Part shown: positions 44,141 through 64,000 of the stretch, one piece after another | How the letters are laid out: every line of letters begins with the position of its first letter | Position numbering within the stretch: the stretch's first letter is position 1 | Assembly (NCBI RefSeq): GCF_009914755.1 | Contig: NC_060926.1 | DNA from: the human T2T-CHM13v2.0 reference genome, Homo sapiens | Strand: one strand, 5' to 3' | DNA length: 64,000 nt | Notes under the pieces: model-generated | Databases searched by the model: none | The model's input: the letters and a program-made list of their open reading frames with translations, nothing else | What the model was told of the DNA's origin: nothing | Translations under genes and position numbers: made by a program

Positions 44141-44202
44141 TATGTCTAAAGAGTACAAATCAGTCTGTAACCTTCCCCAGCCTCTCCATGCTAAAGGAAC
44201 TA

Positions 44203-44634
<432 letters not shown>

Positions 44635-45347
44635 TCAAGATCCACTCAGGTCCTCTTATGAAGGAATAGACGTCTCTTCCAGCATTAAAATGGTAAATTC
44701 CTTGCAAGTATTTACAAAGAAAGTTATAAACACCAGGAAACATCAACCTCACCAGGAGGTGAGGTAGAGTTCACCCTTCCATCTCACCTGAAGTGGAAAA
44801 TGCAGCCAAGTCACAACTTCCTAGGTGATGCACGTCCATGCAAGCTGGACTGCATTGCTGGCCTGACATTTGCACCTGGCAGCTCCTCGCCACCCCCTCT
44901 TTCCACCTTCCTTGAGCCCAGGCTCTGCTGCCCGGGAACTGCCATTCTAGGACAGCTCATTTCATCAAGATGAACTTCTCTGAATAGCCCTAAGAGGACA
45001 GTATCATTTCCAACTGGAAATAGCAAGAACTTAATTAATCTACTAAGGATTCATATAAAGCATCCCTCTGTCGTGGTAAGGGTCCTCGGCAAGTTTATCT
45101 GTGCCCTCGATGCCAATGTGCAGGTTGTTTTTACTGCTGTTTTAGTGTATTAGAGCATATCAGCGAGGAGACTTGTACTAATTAATCTGGAGGTGGCTCT
45201 TCTTTCTTTAGTTGCTCTTTTCCACGTTAGCCTTTGTTCATCAGTCCCCAGGACCATGCAATGAGGTGCTTATCAGCCCTCATGTCCCGTAAAGAGATAG
45301 CAGGCTATCTCTCAAGTTAGCACAGTGGTTAAAACGTAATCCACTAG

Positions 45348-45693
<346 letters not shown>

Positions 45694-47219
45694 ACTAGGA
45701 GACACTTTCTCAGTGAGACCTAACTCATTTGGGGCTCAGTGAGGTGATATTTTCTTAATTGAGTTGTGCTTGAAAAAATCTAGATATCTATTCATCTTTG
45801 AAAAAATTAATTTTCATTGGCTGTCTCCTCATCATTAATAAGCATGGCTGTGTTACATGCTTAAGACAAATATTAGCAGAGAAGAAGAAAGTCAGACCCG
45901 GATAACTTAGCAGCCTGCACTGAGGTGGCACCAGGACTCCCCAGAGGAGAGACGAGGGTCCTTCTGCTCTGAGGTCCAGACTCACCATGGATAAAACAGA
46001 GTTGCACCAAATCATCCTTCCCATCTCTCACATTGATTGTTCTCTAAGCTCATTCAGAGAAAAAAAAAATCTTATCTCACAGTATGTCAGGGAGATAAGT
46101 CATGTAGAAAAACCTTAAAATATTTTCAGGAAAGCAAATGAGTGCACAAAAAACCTGGTGAAATCTGAGCAAGGTCTGCAGACTAGTTTCTGATATTGTG
46201 CCAATGGCAACTTTCCAGTTGTAATCATGAACTATAGTTATGTAAGATACTGCCTGAGGGAGGCGGGGCCATAGGCACAAGGATCTCTCAGTACTATATT
46301 TGTAACTTGTTGTGTTTATACTTATTTCAAAACAAAAATTATATGTATATATTTATATATGTATACATGTTATGTTTGCAACACATGTGCCTATATTTGG
46401 ATACATGTGTCTATTTTAGGAGGACCTAGGATGATGTAACTGCTTTCATACTAGTTAAGAGAATTCCCAAATTTCAGGGAAAGTCTAAAGTTATAGAGTT
46501 CCTAACTCAGGGTGCAGAACTCGGACTTTGGCTGATTCTCGTGAGCTCCTGGGATGAGTGGGTGGGACAGAGAGGCTTCTCCACCACCACACTCCTTCCC
46601 TGGCTGGAGACCAGATGGTTAAGGACTGATGGGTGCCAGAGAGCAGCAGCCCTCCATGTGGGTCCAGAACCCAGAGGCTGGAGTAGTTCATGCCTGCTCC
46701 TGCCTCCCAGGTATTCAAGGGAAACCCACCATCTCCACACACCAGCAAAACACCAGCAAAACAGAGGCCCCAAGTAATGACTTCTCCTTTCTCATCTTAT
46801 CTTGCCACCTGACCAGCTCCTGGGCTCCTCAATCCAAAGTTGGGGAAGAGAGAAGGGAATGTCAGTGGAAACCACTTTTGCTATAAACTCTCATCCTTCA
46901 GATGTTCTTTCAGTGGGTACAGTGTTTAGTGCTGTGCTAGGTGCTGGGGAATCAAGAGTAAATAAGAGGCCATCTTTGCCCTCAGGGAGTTTTTGGTCTC
47001 ATGGGTTTGGGGCAATGCAGGTCTGTAAACTGGAATTGTAAAAGTGAAGTGGCCCAGGTCCCATTTGTTGTAGTGGTGCACAGAGAGACAGTCTTGAGAG
47101 GTGAGGAGACATTTCCCAGAGGAAGTAACATCCAAGTTGAGACTTAGAAGACAGCTGGAAGGATGAGAAAGGAGAATAATTCTGTGGAGTCCTAATTAGG
47201 CAAAAGGAATCAGGCTGGT

Positions 47220-47623
47220 GACACTGAGGAAAAAAGAAAGAGAAAGCAGATAAGCTGTAAGTTTGCCTTTCTTCATGGTCCAGGACCATAGCCCTCCTGC
47301 ACAAATAGCTCACAATCTTCCTGTGCCCAGCTACCATCAGGCCCTCAGCTGATGGAAAAATGCAGGTTATCCCACTGCAACCTTGGTGTTATCAGTACTG
47401 CACAAAGCTCTCTTCAGCACGCAGCAAAAGCAACATCCTATAAAACCCCCAGCAAGCCTTTGTCTCTTGGCATTCAGTTCCTCTCTTGCTGGCCTGCCTG
47501 TTGCTGCCTTGCAACATATTTTCATACTTTCTTCAATAAATCTGCCTTTATCTACAACTGTCTTGGTAAATTCTTCTTACTGCCCATGGTATACTGGCCT
47601 CAGATAGTTGCTTCACCTGCTAC
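47220..47623 (+). mobile_element. ERV1-type solo LTR inserted in L2 (~46870-48700)
   Basis: TG..CA ends, TATAAAA and AATAAA, gtaaattctt motif; family uncertain. Confidence 0.65.
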
Positions 47624-49144
47624 ACATTCTTTAAGCAGAAGAAATATATGTGCAGGGTCCCAGAGGCAGGAGGAGCAGACAGATGAGAGGAATTTGGCTA
47701 ACATGGGGAAATGGTCCAATTGCGCAGGCTTCTCACTCTGTTTCAAGAAGTTTAGACTTCAGCCAAAGAAAGGCAGGGACTACTGTTACTGAAGGCTTTT
47801 AAAATCCAAGGGTGGCTTGATCCCTCTGATTGCAGCACAGTGAGGAGGTCATAGGAGGTGAGAGATGAGAGGGGGTGAAAGAAGGCAGTGGAGAAAGAGA
47901 AAAAAGAATGGATTAGGGGGATGTTGAGAAAGTAGAATTGACATGATTTTGTGACTCATTGAATGTGGGGAATGAAATCAAGTATGCTGCCTGAATTTCT
48001 GGCTTGGACATCTGGTGGACAGTGGATCATTCATTAAGAAGGAATGCATAGGAGGGAATAAGATGAAATTGGCTGGGGACAATGTTATGTTTAGGAACTT
48101 GAGAAAACCCAAGTGGAAATTTCCAGAAGGGAGTTGAATATTCTGGTTTAGAACAGGAGTTGGCAAACTATAGCCCATGAAGCAGGCTTATTTTTATAAA
48201 TCAAGTTTTATTGGAACATGGCCACACCCATTCTTTTACTATTTTCTGTGGCTATATTTGCACCACCTTAGCAGAGTTGAGCAGATGTGACAGAGACAGT
48301 ACAATGACCAGCAAGCCGATAAAATATTTGTTATCATCGCTTTACAGAAAAAGTTTGCCAATTCCTGGTGTAGAGCCTAGGAAAGAGGTCTGAGCTGGAG
48401 ATGTGGAATCAGCAGTTGTCAGCAGATAGGTGGGACTGAAGCAATGGGGGTGGACAAGCTTGCTCAGAGAGAAAAAAATAAGCCCTAGGATAAAGCCCTC
48501 AACAACACAAGGACCCAGAAGAAGAGAATTCTGTAGAGATGACTGAGAACAGTTAGCCAGAGGGGAAAATTGACAGTGTGAGTCCAGAGAAGCCAGCAAA
48601 AGTGAAAATTGTAAAAAGGTGGGAGTGGTCATGGGTACCAAAGACTTGTGAGAAATCAAGTGAGATGTATCCTGTGTATGCCAAAAGGTAAGAGCAAATG
48701 AGGCCAACATAACCTTAATAATACCAATCTCAATGGCCCAGACTCCAGCAAAGTCTACTCTAGCTACCGCTACCACTAAACATATGTAAAACTCAGTAAA
48801 ATAGCAATTTTAATTAAACAAATTCCTGACCTATCTCTGTAATACTCCTTTCCCAACATTTTTGCCTGCATATTCTTTGATTGCCTCTTCAATAATGTTG
48901 TAATATCATAGTCTATGAGAGAAGAGAATAATAAACTATTTTGGCTCTAGTATTTTATTATTGATAGATTTAAATTTTTCTTCTGGCTTCATAGCTCAGG
49001 ATCGATAATGGAAGATAAGTTTTCAGGATTCTTGGCACACTTAGGAAAATCTTTATCAAACTATTTTTATGTATGAACTGTAAGATTTGGAATAATTCCC
49101 AGATGGGATGAGCTACACTCTTTTCTAGCTTTGTACATTTCTAT

Positions 49145-49470
49145 TTTTCTTATTCAACTTTTATTTTAAGTTCAGGGATAAAAGTGCAGGGTTGTTACAT
49201 AGGTAAACATGTGTCATGGGGGTTTGTTGTGCAGATTATTTCATCACCCAGGTATTAAGCCTAGTACTCATTAGTTATTTTTCCTGATGCTGTCTCTCTT
49301 CCCATCCTCCAACCCTGATGGGCCCCAGTGTGTGTTGTTCCCCTCGATGTGTCCATGTGTTCTCATCATTTAGCTCCCACTTATAAGTGAGAACATGCGA
49401 TATTTGGTTTTCTGTTCTTGTGTTAGTTTGCTGAGAATAATGGCCTCCAGCTCCATCCATGTTCCTGCAA
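49145..49470 (-). mobile_element. L1PA 3' end
   Basis: ttttattttaagttcaggg...ctcccacttataagtgagaacatg...ccagctccatccatg. Confidence 0.88.
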
Positions 49471-51035
49471 ATGCACATGTCATGTGACACAATCGTGATG
49501 TAATCTATGGTCTTGCATATTTACATTACACCACCAGGTAAATCAGCACGAGGGAGGTGAAGACTATTCTGAATCTGTTTTACACAGGGACAGCTAGCAA
49601 TAAAATACACAGAAATGACTCCATACCACATAAATAAATCCCATGGAACCCAAACTCAATGACTCAACTCAATTCTTCTTTTGCTGGATCCTCAAAATGC
49701 CCACATCCACTCCACCACCACCCAACATGAGGGCAGAAAGAGATCAGAATTTTAGCCAATTACAGCTAAAATGTCTGCTTTTGTCAAAAGCAAATGACCA
49801 AATGGATACATTGCCAGGGCCCCTCCAGAGCCTCAGAAAGGGCCTGCTGAAGTTGCCTTTTGCTATGGGATGAATCAAACCAAAACACAGTGGCTTAAAA
49901 TAAGATGAATTATTTTATTTCTGAATTCTGAAGGTCTGCTGGGCTTGGCCAGGTGATTCTCATTCTTGTGGTCTCTTATGAGGTCAGTGGTGGCTAGGGC
50001 TGAAACCATCTCAAAGCCTTCCTCACTCACATCTCATGGGTGATCCCAGCTGTTGCTGGAACCTCATCTGGGACTATCGGCCAAAACACTCAGAACTTCT
50101 CCATGTGTCTGGGCTTCCTAGAAGACACTGTTCAAGTAGAGGGCAAGACAATCAAGAATCTCAAGCTCTATTTCAAAACATTTCTTCCCACTCCACTACT
50201 GCTCTATATATTTTTCACAATACTTTATACCTTCTAACGTAATAGTTATTATAGAGGTACACGTATGTCTTACTATAACATAAACTCCATGAGGGAAGAT
50301 ATTTTTAGTTTTGCTCAATGAAATATCCCCAGTGCCAAGGAAGCACTGCCCTACACATTCATCCAAATAGTAAAATAATAAATATCTATTTTTAAACACT
50401 TTGTTAATTCTGCACACATTTACTTTTTCTAAAGGGAGAAATGTGGAACACTGGAAAGCTCCTTGAATCTTAGAATTTGTTTTTAATTAATAGACTTAAT
50501 ACATGGCATAACATGTTGTACTCAACTTACTCTTCATGCAACGTGTAAGCATAAATGCCAAAGATCTTACTTTCAAGCATCAGCATTAATATAGCAAGTT
50601 AGGAAGGTAGACGGTTTGGTAATTACAAAAGCTCTTGAAGTAGGCAAAAACCATTGTTTTACATGGTAGCCAAGATCACACTAATGATAAGTATTTCTGG
50701 CTTAACCAGTCCTCACAGCAATATGCTAAATTAATGAAAACAAACATGGGCATTGTTTGGGTGTTACTGACATCAACTACAAAACAGAAATGAACAGAAA
50801 TTGAAAACTATATTGTCAAATACAATTAAAATAGCCAAATACATTTCTAGGTAAAATCTTTATAACTTCAAATACTGCCAGTTTTCTTTCAAAAACTTAC
50901 AGTACTTGAAAGAACGAAAATCAGCTTAATCCAGCACAGGGGAAAGAAACACATGAGATAACTGAATTTTACAACCAAGGTCAGAGAGGATATCACACTA
51001 TCACCGTGGGAGGAAGGGTGAGTGGGTAGAAATAC

Positions 51036-51118
51036 CTGTTATTGGTTTTTAAGTAGATCATAGCCAAAGCTAGAGTAGCACCTGGACAAGTCACATCCAC
51101 ATTTATGGTATCTCCTTC
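51036..51118 (-). pseudogene. ANAPC1 exon EGDTINVDVTCPGATLALAMIYLKTNN(R)
   Basis: Manual translation; aatag| acceptor and |gtatt donor, 83 nt. Confidence 0.92.
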
Positions 51119-51288
51119 CTATTGAAAGAAGAGTTTATGCATGTAAAAGAGTTCTAAATTTTTATAAAATTCCTCTGATAAGTATGCTTAAAATTAACAT
51201 ATTTACCAATGTCAGGATGAACACTAGTATTTTCCAATTAACTTCCCAGCTTCCAGACTTTTGATCTATTACTTTGCTGTGTACTTAC

Positions 51289-51423
51289 TTTGATTTGATA
51301 ACTTGGTGATTTATGTTTCTCCCTATGCATTCCTGTTTGAAAGCGCCTATGTCCTCCAACCATGTACTGATAGAGCTGCTCAGGCACATTGAGATCAGAC
51401 ATACCTATCAAATTGCTGCCATG
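51289..51423 (-). pseudogene. ANAPC1 exon HGSNLIGMSDLNVPEQLYQYMVGGHRRFQTGMHREKHKSPSYQIK
   Basis: Manual translation; ttccag| acceptor and |gtaag donor, 135 nt. Confidence 0.92.
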
Positions 51424-52049
51424 CTGGAAAAGACAATAACAGACGAGTGAAAAGAAATTTTATGGAGGAAGATCCATAACACATACCCATAACAAATATA
51501 AAAATGAACTAACTTCAAAGCAGGTTATTTCGGGTTTTGTTTTTTTTATTTCCAACTTAAAGCAAACATTAATCATGAGTTAATAAATATTAATAATTCT
51601 CATAAAAGTTTTAATACATGAATGTTCAACTTTAAGTACTGTCTTAAAATACATAAGAGCTTTAGAGTTAGTTACATTTAACAATAAAGAAAAATATTAG
51701 TTATATAATTGAAACCTGAACTGTAAATATCTGAATACTTTCATTATTGTACTTAAGAACTTTTCCAACAATAACTATGATAATAATAGTAATTTATTAA
51801 ATGCATGCTCTGTGTCAGGCACTATTCTGTGTGTTTAACATGAATGAATAGCCATATCAAATAGCTACTATTAAAACCCTATTTTATAAATAAGGAAAGT
51901 GTGGCAAAGAGGGATTAAGCCCAAGGTTATACAGCTATTATAGTAAGTTGCAGGGCTATATATAAAACACGGCCATCTGGTTCAACAATCCATGAAGCTG
52001 ATTAAGCAATAGACAATAATGTAGTTAAATGACTTGACTCACTAGTTAG

Positions 52050-52389
<340 letters not shown>

Positions 52390-52515
52390 ATTATTTTCCA
52401 TTATACCACCAGCCTCTTTAGCTCACGTGCCAATGTGAATTCAAGGCCCTAACAGATGGTCAACCACGAGGTGGATTTTCAGAACACACATGAGAAAAAA
52501 TTCCTTCCACTACAA

Positions 52516-52764
<249 letters not shown>

Positions 52765-53377
52765 TATAACTTTCTTTATATCATTTAGTTTGACCATAAG
52801 AATGTATTGGTGGTTTTTCAAGGGGAACCACATTTCAAGTGAAACAATCATTTAATGAAACATTTCTGGTAATTCTGTACACATCTCTTGGATGGAGTTA
52901 AAGATGGGTCAATCTGATACTGCATTTTGTCACAAGGAAGATGCTACTGGGACAACATTCTGGGATACACAGTGAACATCACTATGGCAAAAGGGGGTTA
53001 GGGTTTGTTTCAAGCAGCTACTATAGACTCTTAAGGCTCCTGATCATATACATTTTCACTATTCTCTGTTTTCAGTCATAGTGGGCTGTCACTTATTCAT
53101 TCTATGTCTTGAACACTTTAAAAAAAAAACTTTATTCCCTTTAGTTTGTTCATGAACACTGTAAGCTGGAGGAAAAGAAATCTTAAAGTCTCACTCTTGA
53201 CCACAGTTTCTCTCAATTTGCAAATCTGGTACCTTGAAAAATATCCAAAAAGACAAGAGAGCTGGGCAGAAGATTAAGTCGTAGTAAGGGACAATATTCA
53301 GGTTTAGGTGTCAACGTTATTTGTCTCAACATGTAGATGTCCTAACTGAAGCATGGGAAGGCATAGGCTATGCTTAC

Positions 53378-53469
53378 CCCCAAGCAGACCATGCCCAGGG
53401 CCAAGCCAGCAGCTAAGGAGTATGACTCTCTGTCAGTGCAGTATTCCATTTCAGGACCAGGAGGCCGTC
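53378..53469 (-). pseudogene. ANAPC1 exon GRPPGPEMEYCTDRESYSLAAGLALGMVCLG
   Basis: Manual translation; tttacag| acceptor and |gtaag donor, 92 nt. Confidence 0.92.
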
Positions 53470-53824
53470 CTGTAAAAACAAAAGCAACACAGTTCAAACT
53501 AGCTTCTCAAAATCTCATCTCATAAAAATCTTAGAGTTAACTTTCTAGCAAGTTGCACTGGAGATACGAATGGGATATAACTATTCAGAAAGTTATGACA
53601 CTATAATAAATGATGTCCACAACTGTAGGTTTACCTACCAAAAAAAAAGGGCCCAAAATAGTTCTTTTTAAATTGCCAATTTAAGTCTTTATAAGCAATG
53701 ATATTGAAATACTGTGAAACTTTGAGTCTTATCAAAAAAATTACCAAGTAGTAGAAAAAAATTTTAAAGGAAAAAAGGTAAGAGTATTCAAAAAAAAGTT
53801 TTATTATTTTTTTTAAAACATCTC

Positions 53825-54124
<300 letters not shown>

Positions 54125-54487
54125 TTACATTTTGTTTTCATTACTTTCAAATCCACACATCACATGTGGTGAAACATGTTCGAATGATGATAATGAATAA
54201 GGAGGTCACTTACTTACGTTGTTAAGCTGTTAAATACTATGTTTAGACATTTATTTCGAGTGTATATAATAATGAGCCCTACTATGGTAGAATTTCTGTG
54301 TACTGATCCTAGAAGTCTGACTGGATACAAAATTCACACTTTTAAAAGCACCCTATAACTCTAACACTACCTTGTTGAAAACGATAAAATGTACTATGTA
54401 TTAAAACCCTTCCCTCTGCAAAAATGTTCACATTCCTGAAATTTTATCCCTATAGGAAAAAAATGCAATTTAAAAAAAAAGAAAAAA

Positions 54488-54869
<382 letters not shown>

Positions 54870-54983
54870 CTAAAAGGTTCTAAAAGTTAAAAAAAGGCAT
54901 TTTACAGACCATCAACTCAATGAATATTATACAAAATGTGTTTTAAAACCCATTTATAACAATGATCTATAAAAACAATTTTT

Positions 54984-55278
<295 letters not shown>

Positions 55279-56519
55279 TTTTTTTTAATGTACATTCTGA
55301 CAGTAATTATATAAAAAGGCATATACATATGAATTAAAGATGAAATCTTCTATATACAGTGTGAAAGAGGTATGCCGCAGCTGTGAGACTGTGCAATGAC
55401 ACCATTAGACATCATCATGATATAGCCAAAGAAGGGTAGACTACTTTGCAGATGAACATGCTTTAACAACCAGTGTTGAATATTTTCAGAATAAGCGTTT
55501 TTCAGATCTCTGACTTATGCTACCATGTATTGTGATAGCCAAAACATTTCAACTTTGGGAATAATTTCATTTATCATTATAGTAGACTAAATTATGGGTC
55601 CCAATCTTCACTGGTTCTCTCCTAGGTTTCTATCAACACCACGAGAGAAACACACCCTCCAGCCTGGGTCCCAGAATGAGGCAGGTGAGGCAGAACGGCA
55701 GCAGAACAGCCGGCTACACATCTACAGCCTAAAGCAGAGCTGCCTGGGCCAATGCTATGCCTGTATGTATGTAGCATCACTGTGGCAATAGCTATCTGAT
55801 ACAATGATACTAAAGAATAATACATCTTTAACAATATATTCACAAATCCATATAGAAAAGATCTTGAATAGGACATATAAGTATGTAACTAAATTGTTGA
55901 GCATATTAATAATGCCAATAGCATTTCCATTTGGCAGAAAAAGATGACAACACATTAAGATTTCCAAAAAGTTTGGACCCAATAAAAAACAGAGACAATG
56001 TTCACTAAAGTGAGTGTGTGGACCTTACCATTTCCAGGTTCATCACCAACATACCCACCAGCATGTAAAGGAGGAAAGCAGGAGTCCATTACTTGACTTC
56101 TATTGGAAGTGCTGTTATCCAACACAGTAAACACTGTGATGTGTTTAGTTTAGTGTCTCTCAGGGACCAAAACAATCTACTCTGAGTTTTAAGTGCAGGC
56201 CACTGCTAGACACTGCTGGTAAAGCCGGATAAACAGCATACTCATAGCTGATTAAAACCACAGGTACCTCATTAAATGTGACCACTGGAATTCAGTAATG
56301 AGCTAGCAAATAAACATGGAGGTTAATAACCTGCAGTTACATTAGCCTTGGATAACATTACTTAGAGTTTTGTTGTTTTTTTTAATTAGTACTAGATCAT
56401 TCTTTGCTCACAAAAGCTACCATTGTCTTTCCTTAATTTTTATAATTTTACTATTTAATTGGGTTAATGTGGAGTGGAGAGTACATGCCTATGAAGATTC
56501 AGCACTATTAATCCCATAC

Positions 56520-56754
56520 CTATCTCAGCCAACAGGACTTCTGCAGTATGTCTGTGAGCTGTCCCTTGATATACAAGGCCAATGCCAACCACTGCAGCCA
56601 CTTGGACATTGTGAGGAACATCCAGCTCTGTGGACGTTGGGGGTAAGAGAGCAGGAATGCGAATGCTAAGAAGCCGAGTAATAGACATATCCATGGTGCC
56701 TAGTTTTGCAGCAGAAACACCAAGTAGCAGTCCAATGCTTGTCATTTCATGGCC
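56520..56754 (-). pseudogene. ANAPC1 exon GHEMTSIGLLLGVSAAKLGTMD...HTAEVLLAEI
   Basis: ORF 56464-56745; GT-AG boundaries, 235 nt. Confidence 0.93.
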
Positions 56755-57214
56755 CTAAGATAGAAACAAAACAAATACATAGTTTAAAATAAAATACTGC
56801 CTGCCACTTTCAAGAAGTACTTTTATGTTGACAGGCAAGGTGAGAGGCACTGAGAATACAGCAGTAAACTAAACAAACATGGTCCTTGCTCTCATGGACC
56901 TAATGACTTAATAGGAAAAAAAGTGTTAAATTAAAAAACATAAACAAATATATTATTAGAAAGTAGTACAATAAGAAAGTACAAAGTATTATGAAAGAGT
57001 ATTTTAAAATAGCTTAATTTAGATTGGGAGGGACTAGAGGATTATTAGGGATGAAATCTCTAAAGATTATACAAAGAAATTTATATTAGGACCTGAAGGA
57101 TGAAAACAAATTAGCCAGGAACAGTGGCAGGAAAGAGGACACTCAAGTTTAGAAGGTGAGGAAGACTGTTTCAGGTGATAAAACAGCATGTAAATAAATG
57201 GCTCTGAGGCGATT

Positions 57215-58085
57215 CAGAAATGAACCCTCACATTAACATCAACTGACCACAAGGGTGCCAAGACAATTCAACAGGTAAAGGGCAGTCTTCAAAAAACAGT
57301 GCTGGGACAAGTGGAAGGACACATTCAAAAGAATGAGGCTGGACTCAACACAATATAACAAGTGTTGGCAAAAATATGGAGAGATTGGAACTCTCATGTA
57401 TTGCTGATGGGGTTGTATAATGGTGCAGTCATTATGGAAAACAGTTTACAGTTCCTCAAAAAGTTTAACAGAGTTACCATATAACCCAGCAATTCCACTC
57501 CTAAGTATGTACCACTACTTACCATTACTTCATTACTCTTGAGTAATGAAAACATACATCCGCACAAAAACATGTATACAAATGTTCATAGCAGTATTAT
57601 TCGTAATAGCTAAAAAGTACAAATAACCCAAATATTCATCAACTTATGAATAAAATGTACATTCATAAAATAAAACATTTATTCAACAATAAAAAGGAAT
57701 GTATTGCTGATAGATGGTACAACATGGATGAACCCTAAAATTATCAGGCTAAGTGAAAGAAGCCCATCCTAAAATACCATATTTTGTATGACTCCGTTCA
57801 TATGAAAGGTCCAGAAAAGGCAAACCCATAGACACGGAAAGTAGATTAGTGGTTGGCAGGAAGTGAAGTGAAGGTGGGGGGGTGAGGTAGAGGAATGGGG
57901 AGTCACCACTAGTGGGTACAAGGTTCCTTTATGGGGTGAAAAGATGTTCTAAAATTAACAGTGGTGATGGATGCACAACTCTGTGAATGTACTAAAAACC
58001 ACTGTACCACACACTTTAAACAGTGAATTGTATGGTATGTGAATTTTATATATTTATATAAATAAAGATTCCTTAAAAAAAAAAT
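57215..58085 (+). mobile_element. L1MB-like 3' fragment
   Basis: ccagcaattccactcctaag, aaagtagattagtggttg, A-tail. Confidence 0.82.
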
Positions 58086-58172
58086 AACGCTGTGAAGTGA
58101 AAGAGTTTAGTTTGCCAGAGAGCTAAAATAGCCAATCTGTATGGTTAGAGTGTGGGGGAGCAAGAAGAGTGG

Positions 58173-62736
<4,564 letters not shown>

Positions 62737-62939
62737 GCAATGGGAGATCATTAATTAAATGGCTTTGACCAGGGAAGTGACATACTCTGATTTATGCTTT
62801 AGAAAGATTATTCCATGTACTATGAGACAAATGGACTTAGAAGTACAAGAATGAAGAAAGAAGAGCAAATAGAGCAATTAGGAGCTACTACAATAGCCAG
62901 CCAAGGCACAAAGCCAGGCACTGGGAGCACAGGTCTCAC

Positions 62940-63211
62940 CTTGGTCAAGTAGTCATGGATATTGAGAGTCGCCAGCTTGGTAAGGTGCCCATTCAAACCC
63001 AGAGCCATGAGAAAGCCAGCATACTCATTGGCCAACTCAGCATGCTTGGGCTTATTGTAAACAATCCAAGCTGAGTCGATCTGGGAGGCAGGAGCTATCT
63101 TCAGGCCAGCAGCCACACCATTATGAAAGCTGGCCCAGCTTGTCATATTGGGAGGCACATCGATGTTTCCACTATTAAGGTCTACTGTTGTGTTCCGAGG
63201 AGGGGCACGCC
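62940..63211 (-). pseudogene. ANAPC1 exon GRAPPRNTTVDLNSGNIDVPPNMTSWASFHNGVAAGL...NIHDYLTK
   Basis: ORF 62820-63158; tag| acceptor, AAG|gtgag donor, 272 nt. Confidence 0.93.
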
Positions 63212-63652
63212 CTATCCAGCCAAACGAAGAACATTGAGAGAATAAAAATCCACAAAACCAAGATTGTTAAATTTAGATCTTTGAGACTAAGATTACTTAC
63301 GTTTTCTACATTCAAAACCATTAGCCCCATAATGCCTGGAACGTTAGGTCTCTATGACCACTTAAAACTTTTGTACATGTGAGTCAAACTTAATGGAACT
63401 GGAAAAACCTTCACTGTCTAAACAGTTCATTGTCCTTTTTGTTAAAATGTATGAGGCTATGTAATGAGATAACTGATACCAATTTAACATTATACAGAGA
63501 TGACTGGGATAATCACTCATTTTTTCTTTCAAACAGAGAGCTTAAAAACCAAAATGAAGACTAACATCACTGTTAAACTATACAAGTTATAAATCCCAAC
63601 ATCTGATGACACTGATGTTAATTTCAAATGTTCTATCCTATATTTTCCCCTA

Positions 63653-63889
<237 letters not shown>

Positions 63890-64000
63890 CTATATATGCC
63901 CCCTTCTCTCTCTTTTTTTCTCTCTCTCTCTATATATACATACAGATATAGATATCTAATTATATGCTATCGTTTAAAATGCTTAGAGATAGTTTTGTAA

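Overview
Human (hominoid) genomic DNA from a segmental-duplication mosaic, best matching the 2p11.2 RGPD1-PLGLB1-ANAPC1P2 block. The near-identical RGPD2/PLGLB2 copy cannot be excluded from sequence alone. On the + strand is the 3' half of an RGPD chimeric gene. It has RANBP2-derived exons (321-438, 3991-4085, and 4813-7036 with two Ran-binding domains), a RANBP2/GCC2 fusion breakpoint at ~10427 and GCC2-derived exons (14082-14221 and the GRIP exon 16808-17003). Its probable terminal exon (from 31728) lies on the antisense strand of a plasminogen duplicon. On the - strand are a truncated plasminogen copy (PLGLB, 96 aa, exons 1-3 coding, exons 4-5 decayed) and five intact ANAPC1 exons. The rest is Alu, L1, L2, MIR, LTR and DNA-transposon sequence. 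Less obvious items are two ancient tandem RPS3A-like retrocopies in the first intron, an ERV1 transcript retroposed by L1 (poly(A) plus TSD), a Tyr-to-His change in the GRIP domain, a templated insertion with a 20-bp duplication, and an upstream PLG-type exon that could bypass the signal peptide. I found no prokaryotic-type system. Comparisons with parent genes rely on recalled sequences and need alignment. Repeat boundaries are approximate.
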